Part shown: one piece after another, positions 8,888 to 16,999 of the stretch
Layout: every line of letters starts with the position of its first letter
Numbering within the stretch: position 1 is the first letter of the stretch
Source: an uncultured Bacteroidales bacterium
GTDB taxonomy: Bacteria; Bacteroidota; Bacteroidia; Bacteroidales; F082
Length of the DNA: 64,000 bases
Direction: 5' to 3'
Assembly (NCBI GenBank): GCA_937902805.1
Contig: CALEMB010000103.1
Location: 6,095-70,094, forward strand
Position numbers and translations under genes: made by a program
Notes under the pieces: model-generated
Databases searched by the model: none
What the model was told of the DNA's origin: nothing
What the model saw: the letters and a program-made list of their open reading frames with translations, nothing else

Positions 8888-8919
8888 AATTACGAACTAT
8901 TTTATGTAGAATTACGAAC
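8888..8919. repeat. two direct copies of AATTACGAAC spaced 22 bp apart
   Basis: The copies are at 8888-8897 and 8910-8919. They share the ATTACGAA core with both arms of the 8824-8857 palindrome. The second copy overlaps the regulator's stop codon. Confidence 0.85.
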
Positions 8920-10627
8920 GTTTGTCGCCTTTTTCGCGCTGTTCTTCTTCGTGGGCCTGCATTTTTTTCCTTGCCCCGTTGCGCCATTTGTCCACCATGT
9001 GTACACTCTTGTTAAACAAAAGGGCTTCTTCGTCGCGCGACACGTTGAAATACGAAAGAATAAAATCCTTTTGTTCCATCTCGGTAAGTTCGGGATATTG
9101 GATGGCCAAATTTTTCCTCACATCAGGATACAGCGTATCAAATACTTTCATCAAGGCTTCCCAATGGTCATTATTGCCAAAAACGGCCTTGTTGAGTGCC
9201 GACAAGCAGATGGTGTCGCCTTTGTTGCCAAGATAGATTTCAAGTTTTCGCATGATCAGCGCGTCCTTGTTCAGTGCATCCGAAAGTTGTTGGGCATAGT
9301 CCATCACCACTTTTTCGCTGTCTTCATGCTTTTGTTGTAGTTCCTTGTTTTGCTGCATGAAGTGGAACAGTCGGGTTTTGGCTTCGGCTTCTTGCTTGCG
9401 GGTTCTCGCCAATCGTATTGTTGATAAAACTAAAGCCGCCAAGCCCAACATGGCCAAAATACTCATCACAATGATGATATGATGTCGACGGATGAGTTTC
9501 TGGTTCATCCTGTTTTGCATAGACTCGTAATCGTATCGTTTTTGGATGTTGTAAATCACTTGCTCTTGCCGTTGGCTGAATATCTGTGCAACTATTTTTT
9601 CATATTTTTCACGATAATACAAGGCCTTGGATGTGTCGCCCCGCTTTTCGGCAAAACGGGAAAGTACGTTGTATGCCGATGCCAGGGTTTCCTGTTTGGT
9701 GTGACTATTGGGCAGACTGTTTTCCAAACGGGTATAATAGACCGTAGCGGAATCCATCATCCCGGCAGCCATATAGGTTTTGCCCATGTTGAGGTAGAAC
9801 ATGAATAATGCCGATGTGTCGGAATCGGGCATGTTGACCATCATTCTCAAATTGTCGATGGCCAATTGATATTCACCCTTTTGTCGGTGGAGTACCGCAT
9901 AATTGTTCAAGGCTTTCTGTTTTGATTTGGTAGAGCCAACCATTTTGGCAAAAAACAAACTCTTTCTAAGACAAGTCTCGGCATCATCATATTGCCCGAT
10001 TAACATATATGCTGTGCCCATTATATTTTGTGTTAAGGTTCTATATATCGGTCTATTGCCAAATCCTTTGTCGGCAACCTCAAACATGGTAAGTGCTTCC
10101 TGTTCCATACCTTCATTAAGAAGCATTTTGCCAATCCAATACTGTGCCTGCGCCACAGCAAGGCTGTCGCCAATGATAGAGCCATATTCCTCCGCTTCCT
10201 TGAACGACCGCATTGCGGCCTCGTTTTCATTATAATGTTGCTGCACGAAACCGCTGTAAAGCGCGGCAAGGGCAGCTTTGCCATATTGTTTTTTCTTGGC
10301 ATAATAGGCGGCGGCACGCTCCAATTCGGGACTGGTGGAGAGGTTGGAATGGTCGTCGAAGAATTCGTTGTCCATGAGGGGTGATATGGCATCGGTGGTG
10401 CCAAACATCGCCTCTGCCTGCAACAACGCCATGTCCATGCGCTCGTGTTCGCGAAGATTCGCAGGCATGCGTAACACGCTATCTATCAAGGTTATTGTAC
10501 TGTCGGGCAAGATGTCGGCCAGCCGCTCGGCAGTGGCCACCATACGCCGAGCCTCATGCGTGGGCGTGTGACAAGCCGCACAGAACAAAAGCAATAGGAT
10601 TTCTATAATGATCAACCTTGTTTTCAT
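8912..10627 (-). CDS. membrane-spanning TPR protein with C-terminal LuxR/GerE-like HTH (putative one-component regulator)
   Basis: The track ORF is trimmed to the ATG at 10627 (MKTRLIIIEILLLLFCAAC, lipoprotein-type signal). The longer version would overlap the EF-G terminator and this gene's own promoter. It has about 400 aa of TPR-like repeats, then a TM helix HHIIIVMSILAMLGLAALVLSTI, a coiled coil and a C-terminus LTEMEQKDFILSYFNVSRDEEALLFNKSVHMVDKWRNGARKKM. Confidence 0.6.
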   Translation of the reverse strand: MKTRLIIIEILLLLFCAACHTPTHEARRMVATAERLADILPDSTITLIDSVLRMPANLREHERMDMALLQAEAMFGTTDAISPLMDNEFFDDHSNLSTSPELERAAAYYAKKKQYGKAALAALYSGFVQQHYNENEAAMRSFKEAEEYGSIIGDSLAVAQAQYWIGKMLLNEGMEQEALTMFEVADKGFGNRPIYRTLTQNIMGTAYMLIGQYDDAETCLRKSLFFAKMVGSTKSKQKALNNYAVLHRQKGEYQLAIDNLRMMVNMPDSDTSALFMFYLNMGKTYMAAGMMDSATVYYTRLENSLPNSHTKQETLASAYNVLSRFAEKRGDTSKALYYREKYEKIVAQIFSQRQEQVIYNIQKRYDYESMQNRMNQKLIRRHHIIIVMSILAMLGLAALVLSTIRLARTRKQEAEAKTRLFHFMQQNKELQQKHEDSEKVVMDYAQQLSDALNKDALIMRKLEIYLGNKGDTICLSALNKAVFGNNDHWEALMKVFDTLYPDVRKNLAIQYPELTEMEQKDFILSYFNVSRDEEALLFNKSVHMVDKWRNGARKKMQAHEEEQREKGDKRS

Positions 10628-10632
10628 GCTTG

Positions 10633-10640
10633 CAAAAATA
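10633..10640 (-). promoter_or_regulatory. -7 box (TATTTTTG) of the TPR regulator gene; predicts a leaderless mRNA
   Basis: Exact TAnnTTTG match, with only 5 nt between its G and the ATG at 10627. Confidence 0.5.
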
Positions 10641-10641
10641 T

Positions 10642-10676
10642 AAAAAAACCCCGCCACAAAAGAACTTGCGGCGGGG
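10642..10676 (-). terminator. intrinsic terminator after the EF-G paralogue
   Basis: On the minus strand, an 11-bp stem CCCCGCCGCAA/TTGTGGCGGGG (one mismatch) is followed by TTTTTTT. Confidence 0.7.
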
Positions 10677-10706
10677 AAAAATGCAATACTTATGAAAAAT
10701 ACTCTT

Positions 10707-12842
10707 TTATTCTTCTTCCTTCTGGCTCTCTTCGTACTCTTTGAGGAGGCGGTTCTGGACGTCGGTAGGCACTTGCTGGTATTCAGCATACTTCATGGTG
10801 AAGGTGCCACGGCCCGAAGTCAGCGAGCTCAGTGAGGTTGAATAGCGGTCCATCTCGGCCAACGGCACCTTGGCGTGGATGGTTTGGTAGTTGTGGTCGC
10901 TGTCCATACCCATGACGATGGCGCGACGGCCTTGCAGGTCGGTCATCACGGCACCCATGAGGTCGGCAGGCATGCGCACGTCGAGGTCGTAGATGGGTTC
11001 CATGATCTTCGGGCCAGCGTTCTTAAAGGCGGCGCTGAAGGCCATACGACCGGCAATCTTAAAGGCCATTTCGTTGGAGTCGACCGGGTGCATCTTACCA
11101 TCGTAGATGTAGACGATGATGTCGCGGGCGTAGGAACCCGTCAGCGGGCCTTGCTCTAAGCGTTCGTTGACACCCTTCAGGATGGCGGGCATGAAGCGGG
11201 CATCGATGGCACCACCGACGACGCAGTTGGCGAAGATGAGCTTACCGCCCCAAGGCAGTTCGTACTCTTGCTTGTCGCGCACCTGCAGTTCGCTCGGGTC
11301 GGTGTAACCCTCGAAGTAAGGAGCCAGTTGCATGTGCACCTCACCGAACTGACCGCTACCACCGGATTGTTTCTTGTGACGGTAGCTGGCACTGGCGCTC
11401 TTGGTGATGGTCTCACGATACGGAATCTTCGGCGAAGCCGTCTCGATGGCAATCTTATAGACGTTGTCGAAGTACCACTTCAGGGTGTTGAAGTGATATT
11501 CGCCCTGGCATTGCAGGATGTTCTGGCGCAGCTCGCGCGACATACCGGCGATGACGGTCGGGTCAGTCTTGTGGATGTCGTTGAGGATGCTGCCGAGCTT
11601 TTCGTCTTCTTGTGAGTTGACGGCCTTGACGGCAATCGAGAAGATCGGAGTCGGGAACGGAATCTCGGGGAAAGTGGCTTCACCAGCCTTGGCATCGACC
11701 AAGGAGTCACCGATACGGCCGTCCTTCAGCTTGATGGTGCAGATGATATCACCAGCGTTGACTTTCTCGACTTCTTCACGATTCTTGCCGCGGAAGACGA
11801 GCAGCTGTGACAGACGCTCCTTATTGCCCGTACGCGGGTTGATGAGGTCTTGGCTCTTCACCACGGTACCACCGTAGACGCGCATCCATGCCACGTCACC
11901 GAGGTTCTGCTCGGTGGTCACCTTGAAAATGAACAGGGCGGTCGGGTCGTCGTTGCTATTATGGAATTCCTGGCCGTTATTGGCTTTGATGGCCGGCATG
12001 TCGGCAGGCGACGGGCAGGCGTTGATGAGGAAATCCATCAGACGGGTGACACCTACGCCACGCTTGGCAGCGCCGCAAATCACGGGGAACATTTCACGGT
12101 TGACAATACCCAGATGGATACCGCGTTCCATGTCTTCCTCGCTGAGGGTCATCTCTTCGAAGAATTTCTCCATCAGAGCCTCTTCACCTTCGGCAGCGTG
12201 CTCGATGAGGTTGTTGTGCAACTCTTCGGCCTTGGCCATCTCGGCAGCGGGGATGTCCTGGATTTCGGGAGCACCATTGCCGTTCTTGAAGACCAACATC
12301 TTCATCATAATCAGGTCGATGACGGCGTTGAAGTCCTCACCAGCATTGACGGGATATTGGATGGGGGTCACCTTGTCGCCAAAATATTCTTTCAGGCTGC
12401 GGACAGTGTTGTCGAAGTTGGCGTTGCTGTGGTCGAGTTGGTTCATGAAGAACACAACGGGCTTGTTCGTGTTGGCAGCATGACGCCAGGCGTTCTCGGT
12501 AGTGGCTTCAACACCCGACTGGGCGTTCACCATGCACACGGCGATGTCGGCAGCGCTGAGGCAGCTGACGATGTCACCCGAGAAGTCGCTGAAACCGGGG
12601 GTGTCGAGGATGTTGATTTTCTTGTCGTTGTAGATGGTGTACATCATGGAAGCGTTCACCGAAATCTGACGTTCCATTTCGATGGGACGGTAGTCGGAGA
12701 CGGTGTTCTTCTCGTCGGTGCTACCTTTTCTGTTGATGAGCTTGCCTTCAAAAAGCATGTTTTCGGCAAGTGTGGTCTTACCCGACTTTGCTGCACCGAT
12801 GAGGGCAACATTGCGGATGTCTTTTGTCTGGAATTCCTTCAT
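10707..12842 (-). CDS. elongation factor G family GTPase, divergent paralogue
   Basis: 711 aa, collinear with EF-G. The motifs are G1 GAAKSGKTT, G2 region RQISV, G3 DTPGF and G4 NQLD. The N-terminus is not the canonical fusA one. Confidence 0.85.
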   Translation of the reverse strand: MKEFQTKDIRNVALIGAAKSGKTTLAENMLFEGKLINRKGSTDEKNTVSDYRPIEMERQISVNASMMYTIYNDKKINILDTPGFSDFSGDIVSCLSAADIAVCMVNAQSGVEATTENAWRHAANTNKPVVFFMNQLDHSNANFDNTVRSLKEYFGDKVTPIQYPVNAGEDFNAVIDLIMMKMLVFKNGNGAPEIQDIPAAEMAKAEELHNNLIEHAAEGEEALMEKFFEEMTLSEEDMERGIHLGIVNREMFPVICGAAKRGVGVTRLMDFLINACPSPADMPAIKANNGQEFHNSNDDPTALFIFKVTTEQNLGDVAWMRVYGGTVVKSQDLINPRTGNKERLSQLLVFRGKNREEVEKVNAGDIICTIKLKDGRIGDSLVDAKAGEATFPEIPFPTPIFSIAVKAVNSQEDEKLGSILNDIHKTDPTVIAGMSRELRQNILQCQGEYHFNTLKWYFDNVYKIAIETASPKIPYRETITKSASASYRHKKQSGGSGQFGEVHMQLAPYFEGYTDPSELQVRDKQEYELPWGGKLIFANCVVGGAIDARFMPAILKGVNERLEQGPLTGSYARDIIVYIYDGKMHPVDSNEMAFKIAGRMAFSAAFKNAGPKIMEPIYDLDVRMPADLMGAVMTDLQGRRAIVMGMDSDHNYQTIHAKVPLAEMDRYSTSLSSLTSGRGTFTMKYAEYQQVPTDVQNRLLKEYEESQKEEE

Positions 12843-12903
12843 TTTTTATCTAACTAGCTAATTATTAAATATTTACTTTTCGCGAAAAAGTCTATAGTGG
12901 GCG

Positions 12904-12911
12904 CAAAGATA
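12904..12911 (-). promoter_or_regulatory. -7 box (TATCTTTG) of the EF-G paralogue
   Basis: Exact match, 61 nt upstream of the ATG at 12842. Confidence 0.55.
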
Positions 12912-12985
12912 GGAAAAAAAGCAATAGCTTTAACGAAATTATGGTAAAACTTAAATAAATATTGGATTCCCAAAGGAATCTCCTA

Positions 12986-13960
12986 TCAAAGTGCGTCTAT
13001 CTCTTTATAGATTTTCTCCCACCGCAGGGCATCCATCTTGGTTCCCAAAACCTCAATGACGTTGGCGGCTACGATGCCACCCATTTGGCCACATTTTGTC
13101 AAGTTTTCGCCTTTAACCAAACCGGCCATGAATCCCGCAGCCCACATATCACCGGCACCATTGGTATCGATGACGTTGGCTTTCATGGGTGGAATGGTTG
13201 CCATTTCATTACCGCGCTTGATGTAGGCTCCTTTGGCTCCCACTTTCACCACGGCGATTTCGCAATGCGAGGCGAGGAAATCCAGTGCTTGAAGTGGTTC
13301 CATACCTGTCAAAGCAAAAGCTTCCTGTTCATTGGCGAACACATAATCCACGTAGTTTTCGATCAGTTGCATGAAATAATCGCGACTTTCTTCCACCACA
13401 TTGTAACTGGCCAAATCGATGGCGATTTTCAATCCAGCCTCTTTGGCGGTCATAAGGGCCTTATCCAACATGGTGGGGTTAGCGACGAGATAGCCTTCCA
13501 CATAGAAGATATCCCAACCTTGGAAAAGTTCCGGCTTAATATCGTCGGCACACATCTCTGCCGCTGCACCAAGACAGGTGGCAAAAGTGCGTTCGCCGTC
13601 GGCAGTAACAAGGGCTTGCACACGGCCTGAAGGCGTTTTGCTCTTCAACATCAATGGCTTGACATGGGTTTCTGTCATCTGCTTCTCAAAAAAACGCCCC
13701 ACTTCATCGTTGCCGATTTTGCTGAGGAAGCCCGTTTCAATGCCGAGTTGGGCGAGACCGCTCATGGTATTGGCTGCCGAGCCGCCTGAAGCCATCTGGT
13801 TGCCGAGATAGGCCAGCTTCTCCCCTATTTCCACAGAGGTTTTGGCATCGACGTAAGTCATGCTGCCTTTGGGAAGGTTGAGCTCTTTGAGGATTTGTTC
13901 ATTGTGAATCTGCGTCAGGATGTCAACTAAGGCGCTTCCTATTCCGAGTATTCTTTTCAT
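12986..13960 (-). CDS. PfkB-family carbohydrate/adenosine kinase
   Basis: 324 aa with PfkB signatures GGSAANTMSG and DTNGAGDMWAAGF. Confidence 0.85.
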   Translation of the reverse strand: MKRILGIGSALVDILTQIHNEQILKELNLPKGSMTYVDAKTSVEIGEKLAYLGNQMASGGSAANTMSGLAQLGIETGFLSKIGNDEVGRFFEKQMTETHVKPLMLKSKTPSGRVQALVTADGERTFATCLGAAAEMCADDIKPELFQGWDIFYVEGYLVANPTMLDKALMTAKEAGLKIAIDLASYNVVEESRDYFMQLIENYVDYVFANEQEAFALTGMEPLQALDFLASHCEIAVVKVGAKGAYIKRGNEMATIPPMKANVIDTNGAGDMWAAGFMAGLVKGENLTKCGQMGGIVAANVIEVLGTKMDALRWEKIYKEIDAL

Positions 13961-13997
13961 AAAGATTCGAAGATTTAAGATTCAAAATTTAAAATTG
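13961..13997 (-). promoter_or_regulatory. conserved A/T-rich 5' leader module (AATTTTAAATTTT..AAATCTTAAAT..GAATC-ATG), PfkB kinase copy
   Basis: The minus strand reads CAATTTTAAATTTTGAATCTTAAATCTTCGAATCTTT-ATG. Confidence 0.6.
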
Positions 13998-14007
13998 CTC
14001 TATTCTG

Positions 14008-14015
14008 CAAAGATA
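14008..14015 (-). promoter_or_regulatory. -7 box (TATCTTTG) of the PfkB kinase gene
   Basis: Exact match, 47 nt upstream of the ATG at 13960. Confidence 0.55.
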
Positions 14016-14124
14016 CGAATAATTTTAATGCAAGATACTGAAAAATTTCTTACTGACAATCAATAAGTTATAAATTAGTTGAAAAAATTCATCAGAAAAA
14101 GATTGCAGGTAATGGAAAAAGCCG

Positions 14125-14132
14125 TATTTTTG
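14125..14132 (+). promoter_or_regulatory. -7 box (TATTTTTG) of tRNA-Asn
   Basis: Exact match, 38 nt upstream of the tRNA 5' end, embedded in GTATTTTTGCAGCCGCA. Confidence 0.6.
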
Positions 14133-14170
14133 CAGCCGCAAAACAGAGATAAATTCTTTGACATTGTGCA

Positions 14171-14244
14171 GCCTCCTTAGCTCAGTTGGTCAGAGCATCT
14201 GACTGTTAATCAGGGGGTCTCAGGTTCAAGTCCTGAAGGGGGCG
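14171..14244 (+). tRNA. tRNA-Asn (GTT)
   Basis: I folded the cloverleaf by hand. The acceptor stem is GCCTCCT/AGGGGGC, the D stem GCTC/GAGC, the anticodon stem-loop TCTGA-CTGTTAA-TCAGG and the T arm TCAGG-TTCAAGT-CCTGA. Length is 74 nt. Confidence 0.95.
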
Positions 14245-14276
14245 CTTATTTATGTTTCATGTTATTAATTTTTTGG

Positions 14277-14312
14277 CCTCGTAGATTCTCCCCGATTCTA
14301 CGGGGTTTTTTT
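14277..14312 (+). terminator. intrinsic terminator after tRNA-Asn
   Basis: Stem CCTCGTAGA/TCTACGGGG followed by TTTTTTT. The T tract overlaps the stop codon of the convergent gene. Confidence 0.7.
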
Positions 14313-15114
14313 ATTTCTCTCCCCGTTGCATGGCCTCCATGTTGAGAATAGCCTTGACGCTTCGCAAAGGGATGATGTTTCTAAAAGGGTATAACATTCT
14401 GACGGCAAGTTTCATCCAACCATTGTAATGCACTTCCAATTGGCAATATGCCTTGCGGAAACCGAAATTGTCCATAAGGAAATCCTGAATGTTGGAATGC
14501 TCCGTTATGGTGCGGGCACTGTCGCTCACATAGTTGAACTGCAGTCCTTCGAGATAATGCTGGTTGAGGTGGTGATACAGGCCATAATAAGGATAATAGC
14601 CGCCTTTTTTGTATTCTGATTCAATGCCCGTCACCTCATATTCGCAGCAATTGTCCCACACGCGTACCGTGCAAAACCCGACCATCTGCCGTGATGCTTT
14701 TTCAAAGATGCCCCAATAGTCGAAGTTTCGTTCCTTGCAATGCTGGAGATATAGTTCAAAGACGGCAGGTGTCATCTTTTTGTCGCGGACGGCATAGTCA
14801 GCAAAGGTGGCTTCAATTATGGGGTAGGCCTTTTCTTGAATGGTCTCAAACGAGACTAGTTGATAGTCAAAATATTGTTCCGCGTGACGGACTTTGTTTC
14901 GCACTCTTGAAGGCAATGCTTCAAATCCTTCAAATTTGTCCTTGATGACATACCAAAACGAGGTTTCTTCTTGACAATCGAAACCATACGTATTCCTCAC
15001 CAACAAGCCGCCTTGCTTGAGCAACTCTTTCCATTCCTGCTCTTGAAGATGTGGCTCCTGGTGCGGTGCGCCATTGAAACGCCAGGCCTGACGATATAGG
15101 AAATAATCAGTCAT
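14311..15114 (-). CDS. GNAT/FemAB-like acyltransferase-fold protein (tentative), last gene of the polysaccharide cluster
   Basis: The track ORF is trimmed to the ATG at 15114 (MTDYFLYRQAW...), which overlaps the upstream stop as TGATG. The fold assignment is only a general sequence impression. Confidence 0.4.
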   Translation of the reverse strand: MTDYFLYRQAWRFNGAPHQEPHLQEQEWKELLKQGGLLVRNTYGFDCQEETSFWYVIKDKFEGFEALPSRVRNKVRHAEQYFDYQLVSFETIQEKAYPIIEATFADYAVRDKKMTPAVFELYLQHCKERNFDYWGIFEKASRQMVGFCTVRVWDNCCEYEVTGIESEYKKGGYYPYYGLYHHLNQHYLEGLQFNYVSDSARTITEHSNIQDFLMDNFGFRKAYCQLEVHYNGWMKLAVRMLYPFRNIIPLRSVKAILNMEAMQRGEK

Positions 15115-15878
15115 CAGAGACGTTTTTTGATGGCGTTGAAAGCATAGCTGCTGAAACATTGCAGCGCTTTGAAAAACGGTAGGTATTCGTGATGACGATA
15201 CACCGTCCATAAATCATACGAGGCTTTGAACTTGTTGGAACTTGCCGATTTTCTTCTGATTCTATAGGAAACCAAAGGCTCGTCAATGGCTTGGGCCATA
15301 TGACCGTTTTTTAGGATAGCAAGCCAAGTGGCAGTGTCTTCGCTGGTGCGAAAATTTGGGACGACGACTTCTCCAACCAAGGTTTTGTCAATCATGACTG
15401 TCGAGCAACCAATGATAGTATTGTGTAGATAGGCGTCATAGTCCAAATTGCCGGCTGTCTTGACGATTTTGTTTAAGGGTTGTCCGTTTTCATCAATACA
15501 ATCGTAGGATGAATAGGAAAAACCTACTTTATTTTCAGCCATGAACAGCAACTGGATTTCTAGTTTTTTCGGGTTCCAGATGTCATCGGCATCGAGAAAA
15601 GCCAAATATTGGCCTTGTGCCATCTTTATGCATTGGTTTCGTGAGTTGGCTATGCCGGAATGTTTTGTTTTGACCGTATAACGGATTCTGTGATCTTGTT
15701 GGCCATATTTTTCAATAATGGCGACGGTTCCATCTGTTGACGCATCGTCAACAATTAACAGTTCCCAATAAGGATATATCTGCTGTTGCACCGATTCTAT
15801 GGAATCTGCGATGTATTTTTCCATGTTGTAACATGGCATGATTACAGAAACAAGCGGTTGGCTTTCCACAGGTAACAA
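15114..15878 (-). CDS. family 2 glycosyltransferase
   Basis: Motifs VSVIMPCYNMEKYI, LLIVDDASTDGT and FLDADD. The start is non-ATG: either the TTG at 15878 or the GTG at 15869. The only ATGs lie inside the conserved motif. Confidence 0.85.
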   Translation of the reverse strand: MLPVESQPLVSVIMPCYNMEKYIADSIESVQQQIYPYWELLIVDDASTDGTVAIIEKYGQQDHRIRYTVKTKHSGIANSRNQCIKMAQGQYLAFLDADDIWNPKKLEIQLLFMAENKVGFSYSSYDCIDENGQPLNKIVKTAGNLDYDAYLHNTIIGCSTVMIDKTLVGEVVVPNFRTSEDTATWLAILKNGHMAQAIDEPLVSYRIRRKSASSNKFKASYDLWTVYRHHEYLPFFKALQCFSSYAFNAIKKRL

Positions 15879-15880
15879 GT

Positions 15881-16954
15881 TTATTTTAATCCTTCAATCC
15901 AGATTTTGATTTGTTGTTCGTCGTGGAGTTTGCAAACCAACAAGGAATGATCACGATAAGCCACAAGGTAGTCTTCCAAGCCTTCGACCACCGCTTCAGT
16001 ACCGTCCTCAATGTTGATGATGGTGTTTTTGGTGTCCACTGCGACAACCTTGCCACGTTTGGCATTGCCAGCCTCGTCTTTCTTGGCATGGGTGAACAAC
16101 GATCCCCAGGTGCCAATATCGCTCCAGCCGAAATCAGCGGGAATAGTGTAGGTATTTGGCGACTTCTCCATCACGCCGTAGTCTATGCTGATGTTGGGGC
16201 AGTCTACGAAGTGGTCGTCGATAAAGTCCTGTTCCTTGGGTGTGCCAAAGCTGTAGATGCCTTTGTCGAAGACCTCAACCAGGTCTGGCAAATATTGTTT
16301 AAAAGCATTCATGATGCCGTCCAAGGTCCAGAGGAAAATGCCGCTGTTCCAGAAGTAATTGGCTTCTGCAATGAATTTCACGGCAGTGTCGTAGTCTGGT
16401 TTTTCCTTGAACATCTCCACCTTTTCGATTCCGCATTCCGCATTCTGTATTCCGCATTCCACATTTTCTTTAGGTACTTGGATGTAGCCATATCCTGTCT
16501 CGGGTCTGCTGGGCTTGATGCCTATAGTCATCAAAGCTTGCGGGTTCTTGGCCAAGAAATCGAAACCCAAGCAAATGATGCGTTGGAATTCAACTTCGTT
16601 GGTAACTAAATGGTCGGCTGGGGTGACAACGATATTGGCATCTGCGCAGCGGCTTTGGATGTGATAGGCCGCATAGGCAATGCAAGGTGCCGTGTTGCGC
16701 CGTGCAGGTTCACAAAGCACTTGGTCGGGACGTAGCATAGTCAAGTGTTCCAATACGAGCTGTTTGTAGGCCTTGTTGGTCACTACGAGGAAGTTCTCAT
16801 CAGGAATGACGGGGCTGAAGCGCTCGTATGTGCTACGAATGAAGCTCTTACCCGTGCCAAGGATATCGAGGAATTGTTTGGGGTAGTTATCTTTACTGAG
16901 TGGCCAAAAACGGCTTCCAATGCCGCCAGCCATGATGATGCAATAATTGTTCAT
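15881..16954 (-). CDS. manC: mannose-1-phosphate guanylyltransferase-like nucleotidyltransferase
   Basis: N-terminal motif IMAGGIGSRFWPLSKDNYPKQFL, 357 aa. It contains the in-frame short repeat ECGIQNAECGIE. Confidence 0.8.
   Translation of the reverse strand: MNNYCIIMAGGIGSRFWPLSKDNYPKQFLDILGTGKSFIRSTYERFSPVIPDENFLVVTNKAYKQLVLEHLTMLRPDQVLCEPARRNTAPCIAYAAYHIQSRCADANIVVTPADHLVTNEVEFQRIICLGFDFLAKNPQALMTIGIKPSRPETGYGYIQVPKENVECGIQNAECGIEKVEMFKEKPDYDTAVKFIAEANYFWNSGIFLWTLDGIMNAFKQYLPDLVEVFDKGIYSFGTPKEQDFIDDHFVDCPNISIDYGVMEKSPNTYTIPADFGWSDIGTWGSLFTHAKKDEAGNAKRGKVVAVDTKNTIINIEDGTEAVVEGLEDYLVAYRDHSLLVCKLHDEQQIKIWIEGLK
16428..16466. repeat. short in-frame tandem repeat (GAATGCGGAAT-like units) inside manC
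   Basis: The plus strand reads GATTCCGCATTCCGCATTCTGTATTCCGCATTCCACATT, which encodes ECGIQNAECGIE. Confidence 0.8.
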
Positions 16955-16999
16955 GTAAGAAATAGAGTTGTAGTGACGTGATTTATTGCGTCTCCATAT

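Noticed and set aside
1-10700. Integrase, transposase, IS ends or att sites flanking the low-GC toxin cluster
   Set aside because: I recognised none in the window. The left boundary lies outside the window, so mobility cannot be judged.
11850-12857. Long plus-strand ORF (335 aa), plus others at 10875-12483, antisense to the EF-G paralogue
   Set aside because: They are shadow ORFs opposite a gene with clear GTPase/EF-G motifs. Their sequence is low-complexity and G/V/H/D-rich, with no promoter box or recognisable motif.
12965-12980. Short hairpin GATTCC-CAAA-GGAATC after the PfkB kinase gene as a terminator
   Set aside because: The stem is only 6 bp and there is no clear U tract on the minus strand. 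It is too weak to annotate.
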